DNA of 64,000 nt, from the NCBI GenBank assembly GCA_964187785.1, contig OZ076409.1, positions 88,848,001-88,912,000 on the forward strand. The letters are read 5' to 3'. This document shows, piece after piece, positions 1-14,035 of this stretch. The DNA is from Amphiscolops sp. MND2022. Taxonomy: Eukaryota. The number at the start of each line of letters is the position of its first letter. The first letter of the stretch is position 1. Under the pieces are notes generated by a model that did no database searches, had not been told where the DNA came from, and saw only the letters and a list, made by a program, of their open reading frames with translations. The position numbers and the translations under genes were made by a program.

Positions 1-2711
1 CCCGACTGAACAAGATTCCGCTGGACCTAAAGTCTCATTTCTTGGACCATTGCTTGGAGCTAGCTCGCAAGCGGAACCAGAACGTCCTCAGGGTACAAAC
101 AAACGTCCAAGAATAGGGAGTACATCCTTTCATGAAATTCATCCTCCAGCCAAACAAAGAGCTCCAACTCCATTTCGTACCACAATTGAAGAAGAGACTG
201 ACACAGACTCAAATGCCGAAACAGGTCAATAAGACGTTCGGGCTGTTACAGCTAGATGTGAACTTGTAGTTGACACTGAGGCTGAGTCCTCCTTCAACCC
301 AGCTGGTTCAACAATTGCTCAGGCTATAGACTTGAAGTCCCGACAGCTTAACATTGAGTCTAGTGACGCTGAAAGTGCGTTTACCACCGTTGGCCTCCCT
401 GGGGCACCTAGAGGTCAAAGTCTTAAACCCACGAATTGGGTGCTCATCAACGAACACCTCCAGACTAATGAACCCTTCAAATTCCCCCAAGGACACCCAG
501 TTATTGCGTTTACTGAGGATAAATTGAGCAGCGTTCTTAAGATTGTTGCTCATGAGACTGAGAGGGCCTCCCAGGACATGTTAGAAGGCATTATCTAAAA
601 GATGAGGAGACTCACCTTAGAAGCCTTTGCTTGCACCATGACAACCCCAACGTCCTTAGGTGTCGGACGGAATCAAAGGTCGAGAAGCACGACACCGGGT
701 CGGTTGAGTGACACAAGTGGTGCCCTGCACAGCGATGATGAGTTCTCCTGTATTGGTTATTCCTAAGAAAGACCAGAAACTGAGGAAATAATTGCTCCAC
801 CGAAAGCTTCTGAGGGTGCGTCCTGCAGCTATACGGACCACCGGGCCGGCACATCAGTTACAGCTGCCGACAGTCCTGGCGCCCAACCCCTTGCTTCCTT
901 GAAGGCCGCAGCAATTAAAGACCAAGGCAAGCTTCCTCGTAATCAGTGTGGAAGGTTCACCTTCAGTTCCCGGGGTACAGGGACCCGCAGGATGATCACA
1001 AGGTCTTGCAAAAAAATGAAGGAAGCTTACTTCAAGGGGATGGAATGGACTCGAACATCCGTTCCAGGTCCAGTGGACCCAAGGTGGAATCCTTACAAGT
1101 TCTACTGCAAGATCTGTAAGGCCAACAGCTTCTTTTTGCGCAATCATTCCTCCGAAAAACATTTACGTAAAGATCAAAGGTGGTGGTACGAGTTTCTTTA
1201 CAAAGTTGACCCAGTAACCAAGACGAAAATCCATCAAGTCCGGGGTAGAGATGGTAAATTACTCACATCATGCCAACTGGAATTGGCATTGCCTCACTTC
1301 AAAGACGCTCCGCTAGTTGAAATTGGCAAAAAACCCCCCTTTTTATGCTGAATTCATGGCTGGGACAGATTATATGTCCTCTTCGTTCGATAATCGTGCA
1401 CGTGTCCAATTGTCCGTACTGGCCAAGCTCATTCCTACCCACGGTGACCTTGAGGTTCTGAAAGGCTTCTGGAGTGACGTCGGAGTCATAGTCAATCACC
1501 AAGCCCTGTTTGCGGACTTTAACTGGGGGAAGGAAAGAATTAGTGTAAGTAAGCACAATTAATTCAGTCTATCCGCTTACATCCTCTAGGAAGATGTGTA
1601 CTCGTAGTATTTCCGGGGACTAATCACTAATTCTTTCGATTTTGTATTTAAGTCAAAGTTCACCACATGTTTCTTGAAGTGATTGAGGATCTCAGATGAA
1701 TTCATCAGGTGATTACGCAGTGGATTTTGCTACTGACGGCGTTTTTCCCCTGTCATTTGTCAGATTCTGGCACAGTTAATTGATTCTGGGGGCAGTTCAG
1801 AGCTGGACTAGGTGGTGTTGTCTCCAGAATTAACCAAGGTAAATAACTCCACTTCACCAAGCAGTGACTCGTAGTTTCCAAGAGTGTGAGCGGTCCTTTT
1901 CATGTACGGTTTTGTGCTATTGAGCATAGTTTAGGAATACTGGTTCACGCCATCAGGACAGGCCAACTTGATGTCAGTGGACTCCCTGTGCTCTGTCACG
2001 AATTGCTTGACAATTGGTCGAAGGTGGTAGGGTACCTCTCCAAGCATGCCCCACAACAAGAAAAGCAAGGAGGTAATGAGTAATGTCTTCGTATGGCTAA
2101 GATGACCCTGTGTCCAGTTTAGTGTAAATCCATAACAATTTCTAATCCTGAGATGCAGCAACCTAAGTTACTAATAGCCGATACCATTGACTTCGTGTCC
2201 AAGCAACCTGCCTTAAAGTCCCGAGTATATCTGTCAAGGATTTTCCGTCTTAGCTGTCTCTGCATCGATAAACCCAGGTTTACATTTGCACCTGTAAGAT
2301 TTGGCTCCAACAAGTCTGATGAACCCACAAGTGTGATGTTTGACATTGTTGCTCCTATTCAGTCCTATCTCGGAAATGTCGCGCGCGGACTGGACACTCT
2401 TGTCTCTGATGGTTTTATTGCCCGTTTTCTGGTCCTGGAGAAAACAATTCGGGGTACTGGGCTCAGTAGTACCTACTGTCCTTGGGGCGAGATCAATCGT
2501 TTTAATTGAGTTGCAATTCATGACAATAAATTCCAGATCTACGGAACAGCGCAAAGTCACCATGTGTGTTATTGCTGATCCTCAGAGTTCTGGTAAGTCG
2601 CCGAAAAAGTCCCGGGACAACAAGGCTAGCAAGCGCCAGGACCGATCAGTGTCGAGAGGTGGTTCAATCGAGCGAAGCAGCCATTCGAATGGGAGTCCAA
2701 CTAAGCTCTAA
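1..2711 (+). pseudogene. Decayed antisense accessory gene with a C2H2/BED-like zinc finger, downstream of Gypsy pol
   Basis: Chain of frameshifted plus-strand ORFs (50-232, 332-598, 899-1351, 1317-1562, 1886-2083, 2153-2509). Motif FYCKICKAN...NHSSEKH. Candidate splice donor gtaagt at ~1545. Confidence 0.45.
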
Positions 2712-2899
2712 TTGTCCAATACGTACTTCCACATGATAAGCAACATTTATTCTATTCAATTTGTATTTATCTATGTGCGTTTGTTGTCTGATGTCTATGG
2801 TAATTTTCAGTCTAGTAGTCAGTCAGGTCCTTGAAAGATGTTATTATTGCTCAGGAGCGGGACAGAAATTTAAATATCTGACTAGGATCAGTATTCATC

Positions 2900-5800
2900 A
2901 GTAAAGTTGGGGGTGGGGTTAGGTCGTGGGTTGTAATTCCCTCCCCTAGGGCATCCATTTTCTACAATCATACCATCGTTTTCATCGTCTGATACTTCGG
3001 GCACGATAGTATCGCTCCCTCCTAACGATTGTTGATCGTCAAACTTGTCATTTATGCGTTCTGAACTGGTTTTTGAAGCTAAGCAAAGTTACCATTTTCG
3101 TGAGGAGGTCTTCAGGTCCTAAGGTCCTCGTCGGTGAAAATTTCGTCTGGCACCCTGGCATCCTTTTCATGAGGCTCGGTGGACCTAAGGTCCATGTCGG
3201 TGTAAATTTCGTCTGGCGCCCTGGCATCATTGACGGGATCGTTAGAAGCGCCTAGGCCATCTCGGCTCGTAGAAAATGCGATTTCTTCAGTAGAATTGGG
3301 AAATTCTCCAAAGTTGGTTTCCCAAGTGATAACATAGAGGTCGTCCTGCGGAATAAAAATTTCATCACCGGTTGCAAATTGTCTGATGTTTTGTAGGACG
3401 GTGTTCAGCTTATATTTACGCGGTCTAATACAATGTAGAATCTGCGTATTGTTGGAATTGAGTTTGATCCTGACTATATAATTTTCGTCTGGTAAGACCT
3501 TTTCTACAAAATAGGGTCCTGTCCATCTGTAATTTCGAAACGTTATTTTTGATCCTTGGTGGTCAGCGATAGGTTGTAATATGAAACAATAGTCGTTTTG
3601 TTTCAAAGAGGCTGCTTTGGCCATTCGGTCGTAGTACTCCTTGTATTTCAAGTAGGATTGCATGATGTTTTTTTGTGGAATCCAGTAGTATTGGCGTGCG
3701 TCTTTGAAAACCCTCGGCAAAGTATGTGGTCGGAAGCACCTTAGGGTTTGGATTAACCCCCAATTTGTGATCTAATATATTATATGGGATTCGTCCATGA
3801 AAGATTCTGGATAGTTCATAGCCCAGGGTAGGTCGTATAATAGTTTAATACGGCTAAAGGCATAATTTATGCTTTTGTCGCCGGTAGTGCCCTGAGGCCA
3901 TTTTTAGGTTCGTTTAAAGGCTAGCGTGTGTGCGTTCGAGTTTACCAAAAGTTTGTGGGTGTTTTGTAGTTGCGCATTTCACTTGAATTCCCAAAATTTG
4001 AGTAATTTCGGCCACCAATTTGGACGTAAAGGCCGTACCTTTGTCCGAAATCAAAATAGTGGGCAATTAGGTGTGTTTGGTCATTATGTCAATGATAACC
4101 TTTGCCGTGTTTGTGGCCGAAGCGTCTGTAACTGGGTAAGCAAAAAGGTATCGTGGAAACACATACATTGCAGAAACAAATCAATTTGCCTTGCGTCCTC
4201 TGGACCTAAGTCCCATTCGGGCAAGTTGAGCAATTCAGGTGTGATGGATGAGTTTGGGATTCTTTTGTCCTTTATACAAACTTCGCATCCTTGAACCCAT
4301 TTTTAAATGTTTTTTGCGATGCCAGGATAATATTATTTTTGTCGAATTTCGATGAGCATCTTGGAAATTCCTGGATGCTTATTGGTTTTTCCGTGTAACG
4401 TTTCAAGTGATTTGGGGACTAGATGTTTTGGTAAAGGAACACCTGATTATATTTAATAGATCCCGTTTCGTCAAAATACTCCCTGGTAAGAATTTCATCC
4501 GTGACGGACAGTCGGTCCCTTTGGCGACAGTAATGCTGGTAGCGGGTATCTTGCAATAAGATGGTTTCTGAGTAATTTTCTTTTAATATTTTGAGTTGCA
4601 ATTGCTGTACAATGTCGTCGTTGTTTTGCTCTACTGCTATAGAGTTCGCGTAGGATGTTTTTTGAAATGTGGAAAGATGGGGTTAATCGCTTTTGTGTGT
4701 AAAAAATTTTTCGAATGAGATATCCGGTAGTTGATTTGTTGGGTGATCCCTAGCGTCCTTTTTACGTTGTAAAATTTGTTCTTCCGTCTCATCGTCATCC
4801 TCCGCATAGAATATTTGTTCCTCCTCCGACACTCCTGCTGATTGGGCATGTAGTTCAATCGGTGTCGTTAGAATATCTTCTATAATTCGGAGGATCAGTT
4901 TTTTTTGGAGAGATTTCGAGACGAGACAAGTAGTCGACAGCGGTGTTGTTTTTGCCTCGAATATGGGCAATTATGAAATTGAACTGAATGACATAGTCAC
5001 ATGATTTCCAGAGTGTTGGCGGGATGATTTTTGTCTGAAAAATGGTGTGACGGATTTGTTGTCGGTAGGTATAATCACCGATTCCGAGGTTCCACAAAAG
5101 ATTTGTCCGAATTCTTTGAAGGCAAAGAAAATTATTAAATTGCCAAGAACTACTTCGCATAGATGGACATTTTCAGTTGGGTAGGACTAAAGAACTTTGA
5201 TCCGTAAGCTACTGGTGCGAAAGCTTTCCTCGTTGATGTATATTTTTCGAGGGGATCATCTTCGATGTGAGTTGCGTACCCTGCGGCCGAAAAACTAGCG
5301 TCAGTCATGAGGGCTATTTGCTTGTTCGGTAAGGGTTGTTTGAGTGCTAGTTCACAACATCGGTCAAGGGCCTTTCTAATCTCGATGAATTTTTCCAATA
5401 GGTCCGGTGTTACCAGGAGTTTTTCGTCTTTAGTTTACACTTTGGAAAACAGCGTCAGTTTTTCCGAGAGTCTCGGGATACAATTTCGATAGCAGTTGAG
5501 AAATCCCAAGTAACGTTGGAGTACCTTTTTTGATATCGGGAATTTCGTGTTTTTCAGGAAGTTTTGGACCCAAGGTCTCTGCGGCTTCACTCCAGCAGGA
5601 GTTATGGTACGTCCCAGAAAGTCAATTTCCGTTGCGCCAAAATGGCATTTATGCATCGTAAGTTTGAGACCAGCCTTTTGAATGCACTGAAATGTGGCCC
5701 TCAGGTTGTTGATAAGTTGTTCAGCATTGTTGGCAGGGATGCCAATATTATCAACATATTGGGCAAATTGGTCTGCTTTGATTACCTTGTCCAAATATTC

Positions 5801-7370
5801 ACGCATAAAACTCGAAAAGGCCGAGAAGGCTCTAGTAAGACCTTGCGCTAATCTTCTATATGCGAATGTTCTGCTGGCGAAGTTGAAAGCAAGCATTTCG
5901 ATGGACCTCTGGTCAGCCCTCCGTAAGCAATGATATGCTTGCGAGCAATCCAATTTGCAGAACACCTTCTTACCAGCCAAGTGTTGGGCTGCATCTGTGA
6001 GTGTATCACGGGGTGGTTGTTATTTATATAATCGTCGAAAATAAGATTATGGATTTTGCGCAAATCGACCAGCAGTCGCAATTTGCCGTTAGGTTTCTTT
6101 TGGGCAAAAATTGGGCTTGTGTATTTGGAGAATGGGAGTATTGTAATTATCCCATAGCGATGTAGTAATGCTAATTCCACGAGGATGTCTTCCTTGATGT
6201 TGATTGGCGTAGGCGAACTCTGACTATAGGCTGTGGAATCGTCTGTTGGTGTCCATTTGACCTTGAATTCCTCGTTCATGCCTATGTCAAATCGATGTCT
6301 TGCGAAGATGTCATGAAACTTGACAAGTAAGTCTTCTATGCGAGCGATTTCAGCGCGTTGTAGCATAGAGTCTGTCCAGTCAAAATTAGACAAAAACTGT
6401 CGTCTTGACTCCGGGTTATCCTGAGGATTAGGTTTTTCCAATTCTTGGAGATTGTTTAGTTCAGACATAATCATTTTCTGGATTGGTGTGTGATGCTGAG
6501 GGTCCCCAGGGTCCTTTGGTGTGGGAAACCAGTAGTTTTCCTTGAACTCTTCAGGTTTTGTGGCTTTGATCAAGCTGCTTGCATAGTAGGCAGCGTTCTC
6601 AGTGTTATCCTGCAAGAGGTGCCATGTGGTCATCGGATCTATAGGTTTAAAATATTTCATCTGTTCTGGTGTCAGCACAGTGAAGGTGGCTACTTGAGTA
6701 CCTCTTTTGAGGGTATACGGACTGTCGGTAAAGTTGTTCAGGTGAACTGATACTTGGCCATTGGTCAAAGTGACTAGAGCAGCACAGAAGGCAATATCGC
6801 CATCATCTGTAAGTGTGCTGCTCGGTTGAAGGTTCCCAGTAACTGTAGTGTCTTCGTACAGTTGTGAAGCCAGCTGGACCGAGTGTGGGTCATTAGGTGG
6901 GACGGTTACATCCTCTCTAATACAGATGGGTTCCATGACGTTAGTATACTTGTGATCGGCAGTTTTCAATTGCATTGAAATAAGAGGAAATTCAGGACAC
7001 CTTGTATCATGTCCAGGATGGTGTTGTTCCGTTGGAGGAACGAAAGACCAATCAATGCACTGGTGAGTTTGTCCATAACTATGAAAATCTCGTGGAAATC
7101 TTTGTCGCCGACTTCAAACTTCGGCTCGACTGTGCTCTTCGGAGTCTCCAGCTGTCCATTAGCAACCGTAATTTAGAAGTTGGGTGCTGGGCCCTCTCTG
7201 ACAATAGACTGAGGGGCTAATAAGCGGATTTTACGTAGATCAGCTTCTGGGATTGCACTAGATAGAGCTCCCGTGTCTACAAGGCCATCTAGAGTTAGTT
7301 CGCTGAAATCCATCGGAAAATAGAGCATTCGTCGTTTGTATTTGAGGCCAAGATTAGTCGTCAGCGGCAC
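2900..7370 (-). pseudogene. Gypsy pol: protease, dUTPase-like spacer, RT, RNase H, integrase (disrupted)
   Basis: Protease LVDTGA (7173-7370). RT motifs KKPNGKLRLLVDLRK and KLDCSQAYH, with YVDN where YxDD is expected. RNase H MTDASFSAAG...PVAYGS. Integrase C-terminus WTGPYFVEK. Broken into many short ORFs. Confidence 0.9.
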
Positions 7371-7929
7371 ATAATCTGGTTAGCCAGTTCTGGTGACTAG
7401 TGTGTTGACAAAAAGTGCTGCAACTGCTTAGTCCAGGGAGACTTGTAGTCCCCCACAGTAAAAAGCGTCGTCAGCATCAGAGTGGGTCGTGTGATTAGTG
7501 AGTTGTGCGCCATGTTGCCATGGGTCAACTCGGGTTTTCCCAGGGACGGTATTCAGATCTTTATCTATTTCGGAAGAGTCCGACTCTACGTCCTGATCTG
7601 GTTTGTTATAATTGTTGTAAAAGTATAGATGATGTTGATTGTAGCAATTAGACTCCCAAAGGGTCAAAACTTTAGTCAGGGTCAGGGTATTATGAGTTAT
7701 AGTCATCAATGAGCGGTATAAGTTGTATAGTCGAAGTATCGTTTTGTAGTCTGTTGGACATAGGGTCCGAAGTGGTGAAAGGATTAGGTGAAGTCTTCAT
7801 CTGCTGCTGCCAGTCAGCTGATGATGTTTCTGTAAGAGTGGTAAAACACTCAGTGTAATATATGGTCGAAGGGTCAGATTTTAAATAATGTCTGACACGG
7901 AGTTTTTCATTTATTTGGAGTCTTGGCAA

Positions 7930-9707
7930 ATCTAGTTTTTTAGATTTTTTAAGATTGAAGTCGTTTGTTTATTTTCGGCATCGTCTTAGCTTGTGGACGT
8001 ATCCACAACTGTGGTGTCATCCAGTTTATGGTTTTTGGGCTTGAGGTGGGCTCCGGCGCTTTTCCAACATCGTTCTGCCCGGTGGTTCGTTTTGTCGCAA
8101 GCTGGACATTTTGGATGTTCTTTTTTGGTATCCTGCCCGTCATTGCGGCGTTGTTCCTCCTTTCTTTTGAGTTTTCGGCAGTTGTCCATGACATGTCCGG
8201 GTTTTTTGCAATAGTGGCAAGTAATGTTTGGATCTATACCCGAAGAAAGAAGGCCAGTTCCCGGTCGTGTTGCTGTTGGGGCAGTGGACGTTGTTGGTAC
8301 TGGAATGTCGTCCCCCTCCTCAAGTCCGTTGAGTTCAAGTTCACGTTCTAAATTGGTGACTATTTTTAGCGTAGTTGAAGTTTTCAAGTCTGGCCATATT
8401 GACTGGGCGGGTCAATTTGGGCGGCAATTTGGCATATAGGAGACTGTCGATCAATGCCTGGGCGTTCTCGCCAAACGCTTTTTCAGCCTCTTGGTTTAAT
8501 TCCTCAAGAAAATCTGGCAATTTCGTGGTGTTTGGGTCGAACACCAATCTATGCCATTTGTGTTTGGCGGTTGCCTGGGACTCAGGTTTGACGTATTTCC
8601 GGCGAAATACTGCCAAGATGTCTCCCAAGGTTTGCCTGTTCGCCGTATTAATGTTACGGAAAATTAGTAACGCATTCTTGCGTAACAATGGATGCAAATG
8701 GTTTATTTCCATTGTTTCAGACATTCCAGGTTGCATCTTTATCATTGTAAGAAAGAGATAATCGAAAAGTTCAAATTTCTCCAATTTGCCGTCAAACGTC
8801 AGTGTAGTTAGTCGTGCTGACTGGGCGTATCATCAGTGTTTGTGCTGATGGACGGTTATTCATGCCGACTAGTACTTCTGCAAGACGGTTAAGAGGGTCA
8901 GAAGGAGTAGTTGGTGTTGTAATCTCAGGGACCTCAGGGGGCTGTAGCCTGATACTCATCATTGTTGGAATTTTGTCTTTGCAGGGGGGCTCCGGATTGC
9001 ATGGGACGTCCAGTGAGAAACTCAGGAACCATATGTGGGGTAGGTTTGGATCCTGTCACCATGTCGCGATTCAGTTCACTTGAAACAGAGTCCACTGAAC
9101 TTTGACAGGACATTTGCCCATCTTTTTCCTGTGAAAACCACGTTTTGTTACGCTTTTCACGCGTTTTAAGGCTATTTTCAACTTCAGGGTTTCGCTGTAG
9201 CCCACTGGACTTCTGGTCCACCGTGGCGTAATTGGCTACAGTTGGGCCTTCATGTGGCCCGCAATACCCTCGGTCTACCCATTTTGTAATTCGCTCTCCC
9301 CTGCTTACTTAACGTGTTTTGGATAAATGGTAACACTTTATCTGTAATTGCACTTGTGATTGCGTCCTGTATTTGATAATTCAAACTTTCTCTGATTTCA
9401 TTCAACTTCCTTGATATTTGATTAGAGATCTCTTCGCTAATCATCCTGTTTGTCTCAACGGTCATCTCACTGTTTTCTCTACTATTAGTATTAAGCAGTG
9501 ATAGAAACTCTTCACCAATTAAGTTGGAACTTTGTTGAGGACTATTTGACTCTGGGTCCAAGTTTAGTTCGCTTTCACTCAGCTCATTTCTATTATCTTC
9601 TCTAGAGTAATTTCCTATCATTATATCAACGTTTTCCACGTCAGACATCATGTGTAACTGCCTAGACCGTCTCTCTTTAGCTTTCTACTTTCTAGTTGAA
9701 GGCATTT
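7930..9707 (-). pseudogene. Gypsy gag (frameshifted)
   Basis: ORF pieces 9250-9651, 8934-9221, 8341-8784 and 7986-8387. Two CCHC knuckles: CHYCKKPGHVMDNC and CPACDKTNHRAERC. Confidence 0.8.
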
Positions 9708-9990
9708 GATGGAAAGGACTGAAGCGGCAACAGTGAATTAATAAATTGTATTAGGAAAATATTCGGACAACAGTAACGTGTGTACAAGTGGTACAAAGGA
9801 CAAATTTAGTTGTATCTCAAATTGATTGCAATATATAGATTGTGAGTTTTGTCGTGAAGGTACAGAATGAAATCTCTGTCCCACCGTTCCCTCCTATATA
9901 TACTTCCCATTGCATGACAGTCATAATTGCGGCAGTCACGTTACTATTAATAGCTTCTAGATTAATTCAGGGTTAATGACGGCACCAGGA

Positions 9991-10591
9991 TGTCATTGTG
10001 TATCATACTAAATATAGCATCAAAGCAAAACTGAAGAAAACGGGGGGAGGCGTTAGTGTAGCGTACTAATTTCATGTGTGATGAAATCTAATGTGGATTA
10101 ATAAAAGATTTACATGCGTTTTCAAAGCAACGGTACATGGTAAGAATATGCACTTCTAATCTAATATATTTACCGTGACGGACCACCAGTCCGTCCGGCC
10201 ACAGCAATGTACTTGAATTATATACCAGTACTACTCAATAAATATTTCAACCGTAGAGGACTGTACGTCTACTCGGCCTAATCACAATTGGTTTAATGCC
10301 TGCGCTGTGATTGGTCAATTCAGTTAGGACGGCGAGTACACGTAGCTAGAAGAAGCGTTCATTTGAACTCGTTTCCTCTTCCGCTACTAATTGTACTTGC
10401 TTATTTCATCAATTTACATTTGAATTACCAAAATACATCAATCCATTGGCAACTAAACAGGCACAGAATTATTCGCTAATTAGTAAAGTATAGCCCCGTT
10501 AACTAAATTATTAGCGTTGTGGCCGTATTGACCGTGAGTCTTCTATGGTAAGAATAACTTCTATGGTAAGTCTTCTATATATAAAATGACA
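9991..10591 (-). repeat. 5' LTR of the Gypsy element (~601 bp)
   Basis: Inverted termini TGTCATT (9991) ... AATGACA (10591). On the minus strand it is followed after 3 nt by TGGTGCCGTC, a tRNA primer-binding-site-like sequence (ggcacca at 9981-9987). Confidence 0.7.
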
Positions 10592-11899
10592 CCAATAACT
10601 ACAAGATTACATGCAAAATATTGTACTATCAGTCTTTTGTCACTTAAATGGGTAGGACTCCTGATGGGGGGTTAGTATTATCTCTTTCTAGAGAGATTTG
10701 GTAAAATTTACCATCGCAGGCGGGAGCTTGCGACAGTCATACACTAATTTATCCAAGTTACTCGAATTTTGCTCGAAGTGGATGTTTATCTTTGAGAGGC
10801 TCTTTTGCCATATTGACTTTGATTTGGCGGATGCAATTAGACATGGGACCGCCGTCTGGGTTGGTAGAGGTGTTGATAAAGTGATGTGGTTGTAATATTT
10901 CGGGTACATGGTTTGCTGGATTAGTTTAGTAATTGCTGGAAACTTGGAATTTGTTATAGTAATTTTTTGGTAATGGTTAATTTTTGTAAAATCCTGGAAT
11001 ATCTGTCAGGATCTGTACAGATCTGTGCACATTCACAAAGAAACTTTTTCAAAACTTCAATTGAGAGACGTGTTTATCTCGTAGAGCACTTTTTAATTAA
11101 CAAGTATTTAAATTTCAAACTTTATTTACGACTAGTTAAATTTCGACAAATCCTGGAATATCTGTCAAGATCTGTCAGGCTCTGTACAGATTCACAGGGA
11201 GCGCTCAACATGGGTAACGAATCATCATAAATTTCGCTCGACTAAAAAGTCGCTCTGCCACTCTCGAGGTGAAATCGAGGGAAAATGTTACACAGCAATT
11301 AACAATTTCCCCACAGGAATACGCGCAATCAGTAATTGTTGGAGAACAGTCGTTAAATCAATAATTGTAATCGTTTAATTGCAATAATTGCTCATTGCAA
11401 TATTTAAACAACCATGATATTTGTGACCGCGCCTGTAACTTCTTTAACTGTTCTCAGCATGATATCGATTGATTAACGGACATCTTTGTCCGCGGTCTCC
11501 TTGATATCTTTTGCTTCAGCTTCCGTAAAGGTGTTCAAACAAAACCATGTTAAGGCGGTTTACATCAAAAGCTGAAATGACAATAAGAAATGCAATTATT
11601 GAAAAGGGAATGTGGAATGGTTTGGATTAACCTGCTGAACTTATCAAAACTGCCACTGATTCCTTATTCGGTTATCCTCTCTCATTCTGTACTAGACTTC
11701 ACGTCGCTCCCAAAAACTAGCTTTGACTCACTGCCAACATTCTCTTCGTTTTTTTTCTAATTTGCTGACTTTTTTCAGGAATTGATCAAAGATAATGCAA
11801 TGACTGATGGAGAAAGGTTCGTAAGAAATCTTCAATTAAAATGTACGTATGGTAAACGTATGAACATAAAGCGTAATGATACATCATCTATCATAAAGA

Positions 11900-14035
11900 A
11901 TTAATGTATGTTAGCACAAGAGTAATAGAGGTCACTGTTTTGAGACCGTCTAGCCACTGTTTTGGCAGCTCTCGCCACCTTCCCCCGTTGCGGATTAAGG
12001 TAACCATTTCTTGCTTCCTCTCGAAGTTGATGCTGAGGATGTCCCATCTTTAGCGTCTTGTTCGAGTTGAGGAAAAGGAGGCAGCATGGGCTTGGTTCAT
12101 TTCCTAAACGACTAACCAACCAAGACTAAAAATTTTCTATTCCCTCAAACGTTTCAACCCTTTCTGCAGTTTTTAATCTATTAGATCTGCGTAGATCTAT
12201 TCCCTCTTCAAATTTCACTTTATTTTTACTTTCCTTTCCTTCGTTTTCTAACCAAGTTTTACATTTTTCTCCACTGTTGGTCTCTTTTTCACCGCCCTCG
12301 CGGTTGTGTCCATCAATTTTCTCGGTGTACCGGTTTGAGCGCGGTAGTTGGTTCGAGAGGCGTGTCCGGTACAACATCCGATCGGCGACGTCAGTGACGA
12401 TGTTTGCGAATCAAATGTCCGGTCAGCGGTGTTTGCCGTTGTCGTGATGTCCATCTCCGAGCTATTGTCGGTCTTCGGTGTAAATTTTTCCGCATGAGGT
12501 GTTTCCTCCGAGTCAGTGTCGTGGCTATCTGTATGGAAGGTGGGTGCGTTGTCGTCTACGGAATCAATAGACGGCATGGTGGGGAACGTACGGCTGCATC
12601 CGGCCTTGTCCTGAGTGTGGCTGGAGTTGTTCTTGCCGACCTTTGGTGAGTTTCGCAGTACTCGCCGTTGGTGATTTTTCGCATCTGCGGCATCTCTTTG
12701 TATGCTTACGAGGTTCTTCTGGTTTCTTCAAAGGCTGAAATTTATTAAGACTAGACGCTAATTTCTTATGTATTGTTCTCACCTCGGCCGTGGTAATGGT
12801 ATGGCCGATATCTTTTACGGCGATCAGAACTTTGTTCGTTTTGAATCTATACTTCATAGAGTTTGGTTTATTTTCTGTTTCAAAAAATTGGTACCTTTTA
12901 AAATCCCGTCTTACCGAAGGTGCTCTCTTCTTCATATCGTTTAACACCAGGTATTCTGCCAACTCGCCCTCAGAGTCGTTGATTGTAACGACCTGTAGTT
13001 CCTGCATCAAAGACCTGTAGTTCTGTCGGTTGGGCTAAAACATATCTGGTCAGTGTTTTTTCCAATTGGATAAGGGACAGGCGGGTTGGCCAACAAGAAT
13101 TGTGACGTTTACGTCCCAAATTCAATTGGAACGGCGTCATGTTCCGTCTACTGTGAGGCGTTTGTCTAATTGTTTTACTTGCCATTTGAACACTTTCTTC
13201 AAATGTTACTCCGTCAACCATATTTGCCCTCGTTAACGACTTAATTGTCCGTATCGTTCTTTCTACTAGACCGTTACTGGTGTGTAATTTCGGTGTGCAT
13301 CGAATTCGTTCAAATTTTTTACCGTTGCAGAGTTCTTTCACTTCCTTACTTATAAAACAACTGCCGTTGTCGGTGCGGATAGTCAGTGATGTCCCGTTGT
13401 ATCAGCAATAATTTGTTTAAAAAAATTATAGTATCGTCCGTGTGTTAGTATTTTTACAAGTCTGTGCGGTTGGCTATTTGCTACAACGGTCGATTGCTAT
13501 CAAATTATATACATCTCCGCTTGTCTTGGATTTGATTGGACCAGCAAAATCCGACTGAATTTCTTGGTTCAGTTCGGGTAAAAATTCTAGTCTATTTACC
13601 TCCATGAGCGGTACTCGCGTCTCAAGATTCTTACCCGCCGCTTTGCAACTGGGGCAAGTTTCTGATTTTTTGCGTATTTTTCGATACAGACCTGACCACC
13701 AGAATGCTTCCGCCGCTTTATCGACCTCCGTAACTGATGCATGGCCCTGGTGCAGCATCGCGATAATTGTCGTTTTCATTGCCTCCGGTATTAGAATTTT
13801 GTCGGTTCGTTTCTCCGTATTTACGGTTGTAATAGTCTAGCTCAATCGTTTCGGGTACCGCTTGCAGTTTTAGCGGTCCCTTGACGAACTTATCGCGGAC
13901 TTTTTTGTCGTTGATGGTTGAGGCAAATTTCTATTTAAAGATTTCCTCGGGTGTGATTCTGTTGAATTCGCATTTTCTTTCAAAGTCTACAAGGCTTTTG
14001 AAAATACTACCAGCTTGAAACTGGAAGCTACCGAT
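11900..14035 (-). mobile_element. Second Gypsy fragment (integrase and C-terminal region), decayed
   Basis: Integrase zinc motif LHQGH...CPSC, then QSDFAGP and PKLHTSNGLVERTIRTIK (12970-13779). Frameshifted; boundaries approximate. Confidence 0.8.

Larger units (their letters stand above)
1..10591 (-). mobile_element. Degenerate Ty3/Gypsy LTR retrotransposon (5' LTR, PBS, gag-pol; 3' LTR presumably lies left of the window)
   Basis: Minus-strand order is LTR (9991-10591), PBS-like TGGTGCCGTC, gag, PR, RT, RNase H, IN, which is the Gypsy domain order. Many stops and frameshifts. Including 1-2880 in the element is inferred. Confidence 0.85.
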
